From the NCBI RefSeq assembly GCF_004010195.1, contig NC_057728.1:42513484-42577483 (forward strand): DNA of 64,000 nucleotides. The letters run 5' to 3'. The position numbers were made by a program, and so were the translations under genes. Shown here piece by piece: positions 1 to 11,814 of this stretch. Position 1 is the first letter of the stretch. Every line of letters begins with the position of its first letter. The DNA comes from Chiloscyllium plagiosum. Taxonomy: Eukaryota. Under the pieces are notes generated by a model. That model made no database searches. It had not been told where the DNA came from and saw only the letters and a list, made by a program, of their open reading frames with translations.

Positions 1-318
1 TTATAGGACAAGCCAAACAGAGAACAGCCAGGGAATTTCTCGAGGCATGGCACTCATCCACCGAATCAATCAATAAGCACATCAACCTGGACCCAATATA
101 CCGACCACTGCAATGGGCAGCTGGAACTGACAACCGGAAGCGGCAGATACAAACCACTATAAGTGCCGGAGGAAACATCACAGAAGCGCTTCACAGGAGG
201 CTCCCAAGCATTGAGGATGTCACCTAGACAGGGGACGAAACGTCGGCCACACGAATTCCCAGCTCGGCTAACAGAACCACAACAATGAGCACCCGAGCTA
301 CAAATCTTCTCTCAAACT
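1..318 (+). mobile_element. Penelope-like element 3' end (GIY-YIG C-terminus, pLTR, tail), cut by the window edge
   Basis: Encodes IGQAKQRTAREFLEAWHS...SINKHI; close to the copies at 16.5-16.8 kb and 40.7-41.0 kb; hammerhead-like core at 211-244. Confidence 0.85.
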
Positions 319-1014
319 CAGTAGAATTCTGACATGAATTGAAACTTAGTTGACACATTGAGTACAGATTCTTCCCAGTCCTATGAAAGCGGGCAGCAGG
401 AGACAGGCTTGAGGATGGGCCAGAGAATGAATTTCTTCGAAGTTGCATTGGGCAGTGGGCTGACATATTCCTGCCTCTGGGCAATCTTACGGAGATGGGC
501 CATTACCTGCAGAGACAATCTGCATAATTAAACCCCAAGTGTGAGCTGAACTGTATTGGCTCCTGGTCGAATAATGTCTTGATTAAATAATTCTCATCCT
601 TGTTTTCAAAGCATTAGACACCATTTTTGTAATCTCCTCCATTTGCTCAACTCTCCAAAATAACCATCTGCCTCTAATTTTGATCTCTTATGCATTTCCA
701 ATTTTAATGCACTTTGCCTTCAGTTGCCCAGGCCCTAAACTCTGGAATTCCCTTTCTGTACCTCTCCACTTCTCTTCCTTTTTTTCTCCCTCTAAGCCTC
801 TTCAAACCTGTCTCTTCTTTTAGCAATATACCTAATGACTCTTTTTATGATCTGGTGTCATATTTTGTTTTATAATTCTCTGATGAAGCACCTTGGGATG
901 TTTTATTATTATAAAGGCCATATAAAAATGTAAGTTGCTGTTGTCATGTACAGGATAAGTTTATTTTGTCAGTGCTTTTGATAAAATTCAGCTTGACATT
1001 ATTCTGCTATACAG

Positions 1015-1180
1015 GTATCATCTGCCCAGCTAATATGTTATACCATATTTGTTCCTCCTCTTGTGGGCGGACTTGCCAGTCACTTTCTGTAAATGAAGTT
1101 TGTGGTGATGATTGTGCGGAAGGCTGCAACTGCCCCAATGGAACATTCTATGATGAGATATTGCGTCGCTGTGTCGTGCA
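1015..1180 (+). CDS. OTOGL: Otogelin-like exon A (TIL-type module: [54 protein letters not shown])
   Basis: acag| acceptor and |gtaagt donor; phase 1 to 2; TIL cysteine spacing; resembles recalled OTOGL 'MLYHHCSS...[10 protein letters not shown]'. Confidence 0.9.
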
Positions 1181-1971
1181 GTAAGTTTGTTTTGGTTCTA
1201 TTTAATCCCAGCTCATCAGGTCTGCTCAGCAATAAACTGAACTATTTTATCACATTTACTTCATCACCTTTTGTCTATTATCTCATTTTTTTCTGGAGAC
1301 TGCAGTCACATCAAAAACGAAACCTGTCTAAACATTAAGCAAGCTTGTGATGCCAACAGCATGAGTTCAGTTCCTGCACTGGATAAGGTTATTGTGAAGG
1401 CTTCTGCTCCTCAGCCTCTGCCCTTGTCTGAGGCATGGTGATCTTCAAATTAAATTACCACCAGCCATCTCTCTCTAATGAGAGAGCAGCCCTAGGGTCT
1501 GGTCAGGCTAAAGTGATTTTACCTTTACATACAAACAGTCCTGAAAACATCGTGTCAGTTTACCAACATTTGGGAATCTTCCTGGAGATCAGAAAGATGC
1601 TAAATGCCAAACCTTTGCCTTGTCTTTGAGGAAAATATCTTCTTAAATTTTCAGTTTGATCTCTTTGTATGACTCAATCCTTCTGGCTCAATCACAGTCC
1701 AGACTCTAGAAAGGTTTTGGGTTGCAAAAGCCCATAATGGAAATCGAAGTAATGTTCCATGCCTGTAATACTGAGCTGGCTTTTATCTTAGTCCACCACA
1801 TGAAATCCACAGAGTGATCTTCCTGCTGCATATACACCCTCCTCAATCTGCCTGCAATATTTCAGGGATGTGTTGGGTGGGTTTGCTCGTACTTCAGCCT
1901 TTTGAGGCCCTAAGGGCCACTTTCATCCAGCTGATGCAAATATTTTATCCATTGCAAGGTGAAGGTCCAGA

Positions 1972-2325
1972 CCATGGTGGGACTTGGCTCAGGCCATAAA
2001 TAATGGTGGGGCTTGGCACCATCCATGATGGGGACTTGTCTCAGGCCATGGTGGGACTTGGCACTTTCCATAGTGGGACTTGGCACAGACCATGTTGGGA
2101 GTTGCCACTTTCCATAGTGGGACTTGGCACAGGCCGCATGGGACTTGGCACAGGCCATGCTGGGGACTTGGCTCAGACCATGGTGGGACTTGGCACTCTT
2201 CATGGTGGAACCTGCACAGGCCATGATGGAACTTTGCACTCCACATTGTGGGACCTAGCACTCACCATGTTGGGACTTGGCATTCCCCATGCTGCGATCT
2301 GGCACAAACCATGAAACCTGGCACA
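1972..2325. repeat. Minisatellite, unit about 22 bp (ccatggtgggacttggcacagg)
   Basis: About 15 diverged tandem units. Confidence 0.9.
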
Positions 2326-2790
2326 TGCTATGATGTACTGTCTTCCGATGTCAATCTCAACAGAACTGGTAGTATTTATGATGAGAGAAGGAGGGTTACG
2401 TTCTGAGTTGGTTATTACTCTTCTATTCCAAAATAAAGGGTGAGAAGGACTTTAAATGTTAATTCTTTTTCACACGCCACAAGGCTGTTGGATTTCTTTC
2501 CAGTTAATTCTATTTTACTGCATGAAAACAGCTTCACATGACCCACATTTGTGGATCTGGTATTAATCTTAACCAAAGAATTTATTTTAAGTGTGAAAAC
2601 ATGAGCCATTGTTCCTTCTCCAGAATGACTAATATTCTTGCCTTAAAGAGTAAATTGGAATTTTTCAGAACTTCAGAGGACACAATTTCTTAAAGCCTAC
2701 TTACTGTTGTCTTGATATTTAGATGATGATGTTGTTATATGGTCAATAAATAATAAAAATAGCTCAGTGTATCCCATATGCCTCTTCTAG

Positions 2791-2865
2791 ATCTCAGTGT
2801 TCCTGTCACTTTATGGGAGGAATATTTCAGGCAGGAGAAGTCACGTACAGTAACTCGGGACCATG
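2791..2865 (+). CDS. OTOGL: Otogelin-like exon B (SQCSCHFMGGIFQAGEVTYSNSGP)
   Basis: cttctag| and |gtatga; 75 nt, phase 2 to 2, in frame with exon A; CxC-x2-G-x4-GE pattern typical of the VWF/mucin E module. Confidence 0.88.
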
Positions 2866-3575
2866 GTATGATTCTTGTTCTTTGTCTGTTGAAGATTGCC
2901 ATTCAGGCTCTATTCTGCAACTGGGATGGAGGATTATGAAAATGAGATCATGTTTCTAAACCTCTGCTGAGTCAGGGATAGTGTTTAATTGGATTTCTGA
3001 GATTGCTTCGGGTACTTGATATGTTCTTGTATGAAATAGCTTAAATGATTTTCCAAAATATGGTACAACAAATTGATTAAAATATTTTCAGGCTGATATG
3101 GGTTTCGTTATTAATATCATGCTGTTATTTCAGAAAATAGACAATTTTATTTATATAGAGCATATGGATTTTGGATTTAAAAATGATATTTTTAAATTTG
3201 TGAATGACTCCAGTTTGGGAGCACCGTCAACACTAAGAAGAACTTTAACAAATTGCAGGGAGACAGTAATGGGCAAAGATTTGGCAATTTAAATTCACCA
3301 TGTAGAAATGTAACCATTATATTTTGGGTAGGAAGAATAATGAGGTTGCTCAGAAGACACACATCTAGATGGAATAAAGGAACAAAGCAGACTCAGAATA
3401 CAAATGCATGAGTCACTGAAAATTACCCCATATGTTAGCAAGATCATAAAAAAGAAAAACAATCAGAGCATGAGGTTTTATTTCCAGAGGGATTGAATTG
3501 ATCAGCCAGAAAATGATGTTAAGCACATACCAATTTGGTTAAACAACATGTAGATCACTGCATGCAGTTCTTAAT

Positions 3576-3851
3576 GGGGTGGTATGGTGGCTCGGTAGCT
3601 AGTACTGCTGCCTCACAGCACCAGGGACCTAGGTTCAATTCCAGCTTCAGGTGACTGTCTGTATGAGTTTCCTCCTACAGTCCAAGGATGTTCTGGTCAG
3701 ATGAACTGGACATGCTAAATTGCTCCTGGTGTTAGGTGTGTTAGTCAGAGGTAAAAGTTGGGGAATGGGTCTGCATGGGTTACTCTTTGGATTGCCAGTG
3801 TGGATCTTTTGGGCTGAAGGGCCTGTTTCCATACTGTAGGGAACCTAATCT
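3576..3851 (+). mobile_element. Degenerate HE1-type SINE inside an old CR1 fragment
   Basis: A/B boxes and ctgctgcctcacagcaccagggacct head; gggcctgtttcc 3' end. Confidence 0.75.
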
Positions 3852-4420
3852 TAATGCTCCATAAGGATATACAGACAATGGGGAAAAGATTTTACAAGGA
3901 TTTTTCTGGGAATGTGTGGACATAGATATCAGGAAAAGATTGACTGTGTCTCTTTTTTTTCCTGAAAAACGCCTGAAGGTAACCTAATACCAAATTCTGA
4001 AATGTTTTGTTTGAGTGGACTCAGAGAAAATATTTCCTGTTGTGATGTCGAATATTACTAGAATCCATCAATATAATCCTCAATAAATCCAATTCACAAG
4101 AACATTTATTATCGAGAGAGTGGTGCGATGGAGTGATTAACCATGGAGTGATTAAATTGAATCAGCTAGATATATTTAAGAGGACGCTCATGAGGAAAAA
4201 AAGGAATGAAGGGTTCAGATAGATTTCAAGGAGGAAGAATGGGGCGAGATTGAACTGGACCATGAACACTGGCAGGGTGTAACTGGGCTGAATGGCTTAT
4301 TTCTCTGCCGTATATCCAATGCAACCCTGTGTAGTTTTGTTACAGTTCAGGTTTGCTTTATTAATTCTTAAAACTTTAAACAATGGCAAATAATATTCAT
4401 CCGGTTAATTTTTTTTTTAG

Positions 4421-4464
4421 CTTGTGTAGGAATGGGAGGGTGACGTGTACACCTGTGGAGCCAG
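4421..4464 (+). CDS. OTOGL: Otogelin-like exon C (CLCRNGRVTCTPVEP)
   Basis: poly-T tract then ag|, and |gtatgt; 44 nt, phase 2 to 1; completes the CxCxNGxxxC motif. Confidence 0.88.
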
Positions 4465-4789
4465 GTATGTTATGATTTCTCATCATTAACACTATCACAT
4501 AATTTCATAAAATACAGTTGATTGGAAGGTAAACTGTATTTATAGAGAAGTTTTACCTGCAATTCATCCTAAAATTATTTTGAGCAAAAATAAATGGAAT
4601 GTTCTGGTTGACTTCTATTTTCAATCCTTATTATTTATTCTCGGAGTGCCTGCTGAGGGAAAACACACTATTATTATAGAATATGTATTATTGGATCATG
4701 ATTATCATAGTCCAACTTCATTTTTCATTGGAATTCTATTTGATCAAATGCTGCCAACAGTAATACTCAAGCAAATAACCAAACAATTA

Positions 4790-5140
4790 AAAAAAAAAAT
4801 TCATGGGATGAGGGCATCACTAGACAGGCAACATTTATTGCCCATCCCTAATTGCCCAGAGGGCAGTTAAGTGTAAACCACGTTGCGGGTCTGGAGTAAA
4901 TGTAGGCCAGACCAGGTAAGGATGACAGTTTCCTTCCCTGAAGGACATTAGTGAGCCAGATGGGCTTTTCCTGACAATTGGCAATGGATTCCTGATCATC
5001 ATTAGATTCTTAATTCTAGATTTTTATTGAATTCAAATTCCATCATCTGCTGTTGCAGGACTCAAACCTTGGTCCCCAGAAAATTACTTGGATCTCTGGA
5101 TTAACAGTCCAGCATTAATACCACCAGGCCATTGCCTCCC
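4790..5140 (-). mobile_element. Probable Deu-domain (SacSINE1-like) SINE; related copies at about 11180-11475, 15025-15355, 24830-25185 (+) and 33385-33680 (-)
   Basis: Mutually similar copies with a tRNA-like head (ggttcaaatcc-type B box) and a gatgggcaataaatg tail; family name from recall. Confidence 0.6.
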
Positions 5141-5991
5141 CCTCTATCGCCTTTGTAATCATAATATAATTTTGTTTGATATTCTGAGGATGAGGATTAA
5201 AATGATCTAGCAAGTAGATATTTCATAAGATCAGTTTCACTGTCCTTTTCTTCATGGGGAACACTTAATTGCTGGGTACAAAGAAGAGTAAAAAAGTGGC
5301 AATTATCCTCTGTTTTGGGTCTCAAGCCATCCAATATTGCCTGCTGGATGGGTTGGATGAGGTGATGTCTGAGGGGGAAATGAAGAGAGAGTGCTTGAGT
5401 CTGCTCCAGCAAAGGCAACTTAATGTCATAGGACCTTATTGGAGTCTGAGTGGCATGGGCTATGGCAAGATTTGTGGCAGATTCTGATGAGATGTCTGAA
5501 GAGGTCAATCTCAATGTTGGGATCACCTTGCTGCATCTTTTATACTTTCGATGAGCAGCATGGTGAGTTTCTCACGAGGCTGTGGCAAATTGCCAGTTAA
5601 GTGGGATTGTCGCTTGTTAAACACCTGGTTAATATCCCAACTTGCCACATTCATATTCAGCTTTCTCTCAGTAAACTAACCAAGTAAGCTAGATGTTGAG
5701 AAAACTCGACAAGGAAAGCAGTGAGTATCTGGCCGATGTGGCTCATTGGTTGCTCCAAAGGACCTCCAGGTTGGATACCAGACACATACACACACAAACC
5801 CTGACCCTCAGACTTTGGCATTAGGTAGGTACCAGCCTTTAAGAACCCTGATGTCATTTTTCCAATGCAGGCTGCGTCTGCATTTCAGTGTTGTGCCTTA
5901 GTGTACACCAGCCCCTATCATTGTAATGCTGCAGCAAGAACAATGTGAGCTCATGCACCCAGCTTATGACCTGGACCAGGCTGAATCGCTT

Positions 5992-6150
5992 GTCTAGATT
6001 AAAGTGGTGCTGGAAAAGCCTTCATTCCTGATGAAGGGCTTTTGCCTGAAACGTCAATTTTCCTGCTCCCTAGATGCTGCCTGACCTGCTATGCTTTTCC
6101 AGCACCACTCTAATCTAGACTCTGATTTCCAGCATCTGCAGTACCCACTT
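5992..6150 (+). mobile_element. Short element of the 60.4 kb family, with a hammerhead core at 6028-6055
   Basis: CTGATGA-a-GGGC-tttt-GCCT-GAAA-CGTC; 5992-6019 is inverted relative to 6093-6120, followed by a tail of about 30 nt. Confidence 0.75.
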
Positions 6151-6765
6151 CTATCCTGCATCTCTGGTCTGTCATGGCTCACACACACTTTGAGCTTACC
6201 TGGATGCTCACAGCATCTCTGCCTTGTCTTGCCTTTTTGCACTTGGTCATCTTACTTCTGCCTTGCTATTTAGGACAGACACAAAGGCAGGAAGCTAGTC
6301 ATGGTTGTCAGTGGGCTTCTGTCAGCTCAAGGAGGACTACCATCGTTCAGAGCATCCCTGCACAGCACGTTAGGGGCAGCCTCTGATACCACGCCAGAGG
6401 CTTGGACACAATCAGCCAGTCACTCGGAATGGTCAAAGTCAGGAGGCTGTCCGTATAAGGAATGAAGAGCTGAGTTGCTGCTCTACAGGGGACAGCTTTC
6501 CTCCTGGAATGAGAGAGCGCGTGGGAGATGGAAGTGAGCGGCACAGCTGTTAGTTTTGGTGAAGTATCTCAAACAAGTGATTAGGTGATGCAGAAGGCAC
6601 AGAGGGGTAGTGGTGTTGGGGGTTGGGTGAGAGTGGGTAGGGAAAATGTTACAAGCATTAGTGAGACTGCTAAAGCTTGAACCTTGGTGGGAGGTAGATA
6701 CTTCAGCAAAAAAGTCATTGAGGGATATGTACTGGACAGACATAGTAGCAATTGACAGTGTAGAG

Positions 6766-6955
6766 AAAATTGATTGACCTTCTTCCTACAGTGCTGAGCC
6801 TTCCTCTAGATGGCTGAGACTGTTTTAACCCAGGTGGCAGCATGGAACAGGGGTGGCTTGCTCTGCTGGTGCTGGGGGAAGAGTTTGTCCAGTCTCTGCA
6901 CCAACCAATCCAGCAGGACCTTCAGAGCAGGCACCAATTTACCCCTATCTGCCAT
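6766..6955 (-). pseudogene. Decayed Myb/SANT-like ORF, probably from a PIF/Harbinger transposon
   Basis: MADRGKLVPALKVLLDWLVQRLDKLFP...ATWVKTVSAI*RKAQHCRKKVNQF resembles trihelix Myb/SANT domains ending QCRKKxNDL; contains an in-frame stop. Confidence 0.55.
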
Positions 6956-7039
6956 GCCCAGGGCAAATACATGGAACCATATAGTGCAGCTTGTCCAGGT
7001 GGCACAGTGAGATTTTAAAGCCTGTCCACCATGTGGAAG

Positions 7040-7505
7040 ACACAAGTTAGGATTGTGATGAAATACTCCCCACTTGCCTGGATGGGTGCAGCTCCAACAG
7101 CACTCAAGAAACTTGACACACTGCAGGATAAAGTAGCCACTTGATTGCCACTAAGCCACACTCCCTCCAACACTGACGCTCAGTGGCAGCAGTGTGTACT
7201 ATCTACTGCAGAAATTCACCAAAGATCCTCAGACAGCACCTTCCAAACCCACGACCCTTTCCATCTAGGACAGGACAGCAGGTACAGGACAGTAATGTAC
7301 AACCTGCAAGTTCCCCTCCAAGTCAATCATCATCTGGACTTGGGTTTATATAGTTATCCCTTCACTGTTGCTGGGTCAAAATCCTCCAATTCCCTCCCTA
7401 AAGGTATTGTGTGTCAACCTACAACACATGCACTGCAGCATTTCAAGAAGGAAGCTCACCACTACTTTTTCAAGGGCAACTAGAGATGGGTAATAAATGC
7501 TGGGA
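7040..7505 (+). mobile_element. LINE 3' fragment (CR1/L2 group) sharing its tail with the Deu-type SINEs
   Basis: MKYSPLAWMGAAPTALKKLDTLQDK; ends gggcaactagagatgggtaataaatgctgg; related pieces at about 54270-54450 and 56510-56810 (minus). Confidence 0.65.
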
Positions 7506-7679
7506 AAGGCGCATGGTGAGATGGGACTGGAATCAGATATGAGTGTTGCCTTGGGGTGGAGTAGGTGGTTAATGAGGTCAATTTGGTAAATTATAGCAAG
7601 AAAACTCACCAGGTTTGTGACAGAAATCCATCCAAAACATGGCACAACTCTCTCTTAGCTCAAGAAATTTAGGATTCAG

Positions 7680-7683
<4 letters not shown>

Positions 7684-7727
<44 letters not shown>
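7684..7727. repeat. (TA)n(CA)n microsatellite
   Basis: Direct inspection. Confidence 0.95.
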
Positions 7728-7754
7728 CATTATATTTTAAAAATACAAGTAGAG

Positions 7755-8588
7755 TTAGAGAGTCATAGAGATGTACAGCATGGAAACAGATCCCTCGATC
7801 CAACTTGTCCATGCAGACCAGATATCCTAAACAAGTCTAGTCCCATTTGCCAGCACTTGACTCATATCCCTCCAAACCCTTCCTATTCATATACCCTTTC
7901 AGATGCCTTTTAAATGTTACAATTGTACCAGCCTCCACCACTAGCAGCTCATTCCATATATGCACCACCCTTTGTGTGAAAATGTTGCTGCTTAGGTCCC
8001 TTTTTAATATTTCCCCTCTCACTCTAAATCTATTCCCTTTAGTTATGGACTCCACTACCCCAAGGAAAAGACCTTGTCTATTTACCCTATCTACGCCCCT
8101 CATGACTTTATAAACCTCTATAATATTACCCCTCAGCCTCCAACGTTCCAGGGAAATCAACCCTAGCCTATTCAACCTCTCCCTATAGCTCAAATCCTCC
8201 AACCCTGGCAACAACCTTGTAAATCTTTTCTGAGCCCTTTCAAGTTTCATAACATCCTTCCGATAGGAGGGAGATCAGAATTGCACACGATATTCCAAAA
8301 GTGGCTGAACCAATGTCCTGTACAGCTGTAATATGATCCCTCAAACCCTATACTCAATGGTCTGTCCAATAAAGGAAAGCATATCACATGCCTTCTTTAC
8401 TATCCTATCTACCTGCGATTCTACTTTCAAGGAACTATGAACCTGCACTCCAAGGTCTCTTTATTCAGCAACACTCCCCAGGATCTTACCATGTCCTGTT
8501 CTGATTTATCTTTCCAAAATGCAGCACCTCACATTTACCTAAATTATACTCCATCTGCCACACCTCAGCCCATTAGCCCATCTGATCA
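7755..8588 (-). mobile_element. CR1/HER1-type LINE 3' fragment
   Basis: Minus ORF LERAQKRFTRLLPGLEDLSYRERLNRLGL...FTQRVVHIWNEL; 3' tail ctctatgactctc. Confidence 0.9.
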
Positions 8589-8702
8589 AATTCATGCTTA
8601 GTCATAATACTTTTACCAATTTGATAAAAACAATTTCAGTTCATAAATGTCCATTTCAATTGTGAACTATATAACAAGAAGCATTGTATTGATTTTATTC
8701 AG

Positions 8703-8874
8703 AACCTGAACCTGTGGAGTGTCCTAACAATAAGAGATATTTCGACTGTACAGATCCTCAGCCTGGCCTGCCTTGGATGGGAGCAGCGTGTGAAGTCACT
8801 TGTGAAAACCTTATGATGAATATTACTTGTTCACCCATGACTCCATGTATTTCAGGTTGTGTTTGTCCTCCTGG
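8703..8874 (+). CDS. OTOGL: Otogelin-like exon D (EPEPVECPNNKRYFDCTDPQPGLPWMGAACEVTCENLMMNITCSPMTPCISGCVCPPG)
   Basis: ttcag| and |gtaagt; 172 nt, phase 1 to 2; TIL'-type module similar to recalled OTOGL 'CETTCANLAMNFTC...PCISGCVC'. Confidence 0.92.
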
Positions 8875-10731
8875 GTAAGTGTATTGAAATATTTAAGAGC
8901 TGATTGACCACCTGGATATATGGTATTGTTTCCACGAAGGATATGTAATCATATCGGTTCTTTAAAGAAATGCAAGTCATACAGAGCTTGAAAATGAGGA
9001 GGGTTAGCAACGGTCAGTGCTAACGTGATACATTATGCAAGAACTGGCAGCACCAAATGAAGATCTCCAAAGTGACTATTTTCCTTATGACAGCCATTTA
9101 CTGAGTGATTGGTTGCTTTATGCAGTCAAACATAACACTTCTAATCCAGGAAAGTTGGAAAAAGTGGGAATTTCACAGGAAACTGATATCCACCATGCCA
9201 GCACCTTTCACTAGCATTAGGACCAAAGGGAATGAAGGCACATTAGGTTGAAACATGATTGAACCTGTTCAGTAAAAAGGATCCATGTACCATAATGAGA
9301 AGGCACCCCTTTGATTCTCAATCTTTGCCAGTTATACATTAGGAAGATGGAAGCCATCATCTCTGTTTCCTGTCATCAATGTTGTATTTTTGGCATCAAT
9401 TCAATCTATCTTGCTGACCAATGTCTCAGGCTGACACATCCGATTGGTCATCTCAGCTTCCTATTTAACTTGGAGACAAGTTTTTAATCCCATATTCTTT
9501 CTGTCACAATGATTCCTTCTTCCACCATCATTACATTGCCTGTCTCAACTCATTAGTTACACAAACTATGATCCATTGTCATCTCCAGACTTAACTATAT
9601 CAATGCTCTTCCATCCACCACTCCCTATAAATTTGACCTCCCATATTCTATTATCACACATGCCTGTCCTTGCTAACTTACATTGGCTTCTGGACCCCAT
9701 GAATCCAATATGAAACTTTCATTCTTATGTTTAAAACAATAATGACCTTGTGGTCTTTACCTCTAACTTCTGTAGCCCTAAAATGTCCTTTCAAATTGTC
9801 TGTGCCTCTGACTTAGCCTTTCCTCTCATAGCCTCTTCCACCTGTTTACTTTGTGCAACTGCATTAAGACTTTACTAAAACAACTCCTTTCATCAGAGAT
9901 TTGGTTCCTCCTCTTATTTTTTCCTTCCTTTGTCTTGGTGACCTTTTCTCAGTGACAGATTCATGAAGCGCTTTGGGGATTATAGCTATGTTAAAATTGT
10001 GATATGAATGTAAATTATTGCTTGTCATTACAAATAAATTTGATTTTGATTATAACAAAGGTGAAAATGTATTAGGTTCTTGTAAACCCACAAGGTAACA
10101 TCAGGCATTAATTTCTTGATAACAAAATAAAAAAAAACAACCAACTATTTATCTCTGGAGATTCAGGAATTTATTTTCACGTTTACCCATTTTTCAGTAG
10201 CCATATAGGTTCAGACCACATTAACAAGGCCAATAAAATTACATGGTGAAGGAAGATTATGTGCTATGGCAAGGCAAATATATAGATATCACAAATGATA
10301 TTAACTTTCCTCTGTAAGTTAATGTAATTAACCTTAACATAGCTTCACAGCAACTGATAATTGCAACTGGTGAAAAGGTCTATGAAAGTAGACTGAAAGT
10401 ATTTAAGTAATTCCCCAGTATTGTTGTTGCAAATATACACATGACCAAAAGAAATCTGACATAGTTTAAAGCAGTTTCACATTTCAAATGCAATAGCTGT
10501 CAACAAAAGGCTCTGTAAATGTATAAGGCTCCCAGACTTATGGGGATGAATTTCCTGAGAGTTTCTGTCATATCATTGCCATGTCTTCAATGAAAGTTCA
10601 GTTACATCCATAAAAGGAGTTCTGTAAAGCTATAGAGATGGAAAGACACTGAAGAAACTCACTGCCCAGAATCATAAAGTATGTGCAGAATTTAACAATA
10701 TCCTTTTCGCTTTCTTTCAATGATGCTATAG

Positions 10732-10839
10732 GTTCATTAAACATGGTGAAGACTGTTATTTGTCTGAAAATTGTCCATGCAGTTGGAAAGGTCAGGAATA
10801 TTTACCAGGTGAAGTGGTTTCTACAGAATGTTACACCTG
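10732..10839 (+). CDS. OTOGL: Otogelin-like exon E (FIKHGEDCYLSENCPCSWKGQEYLPGEVVSTECYT)
   Basis: ctatag| and |gtatgt; 108 nt, phase 2 to 2; CPCxWKxxEYxxGE motif. Confidence 0.92.
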
Positions 10840-11675
10840 GTATGTCCAAATCAATTTTAAAAATTAAATTGAGCTATTACTGAAAGCTTTATGATTTACA
10901 TTATGTAATTAATTAAAAATATTTATATTTCATTTTCTCTTGTTAACTATGACAAGTCATAAGTGATAGAGCTGCTTTGATCTTTTTATCACAGTATTAC
11001 CACGGTATGTTACAAATTCAAAAATTCTGAGCAGGTTTTCTAAGCACCAGCCTGACTGGTCCACAGTTATGCATAGATTTGCAAGCAAATATCAGGCGCT
11101 CCCACGACTCTCTCTCCACAACTAGGCAAATACAAAGTACATCGCTATGATTTTTCACTGATTCTACTTCTTGTGGGAGAAATGGTGGTGTAGTGGTTAT
11201 GGTTTAGTAATACAGAAACTTAGGCTAATGCTTTAGGGATACAAGTTCAAATCATAGTTGCTGATGGTATTTGACTTCAGTTTAACACCTGAGATTGAAA
11301 GCTAAAACCATCATTAATTGTTATTCAAAACCCATTTAGTTAACTAATGTCCTTTAGGTACCATCTTTACCTGGTCTGGTGTACATATAACTTCGGACAT
11401 ACAGCAATATGGTTGATTCTGAAGTGGCCTAGGAACAGATGTTGGCTAAGCCTGGGTAGCCCACAACCCATGAGAGAAAGCAATTTGTGCTCCATTTCCC
11501 AACACTGTTTTATGTTGTTACTATTTCGCTAGATGATACTGAAATAAAGTCACATTTACTGAAGGTGATCATTCAAAATTTAACAGTTCACTTAGTTTCT
11601 TTTTATTAATGGAAAGAAATTTCAGTGTAGCCTAATGCTCTCCTTTTGAAGTTAAATAATTCATTATTTTCTTAG

Positions 11676-11814
11676 TGTTTGCCTACGAGGAGTTTTTAAT
11701 TGCACATACCACCCGTGTCCTGCAGTATGCACCATCTACAGTGATCGTCATTATCGTAGTTTTGATGGATTGGAATATGATTATGTCAGTGACTGCCAAG
11801 TATACCTCGTGAAG
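11676..11814 (+). CDS. OTOGL: Otogelin-like exon F, start of VWD domain ([47 protein letters not shown])
   Basis: ttcttag| and |gtaagc; 139 nt, phase 2 to 0; VWD N-terminal motif very close to recalled OTOGL. Confidence 0.93.

Noticed and set aside
1910..2314. Repetitive ORFs and a CRISPR-like look
   Set aside because: Plain minisatellite in a vertebrate intron; no unique spacers and no cas genes.
6803..6816. CTCF-like CCTCTAGATGGCTG
   Set aside because: Lies inside a decayed transposon-like ORF with a weaker 3' flank; probably chance.
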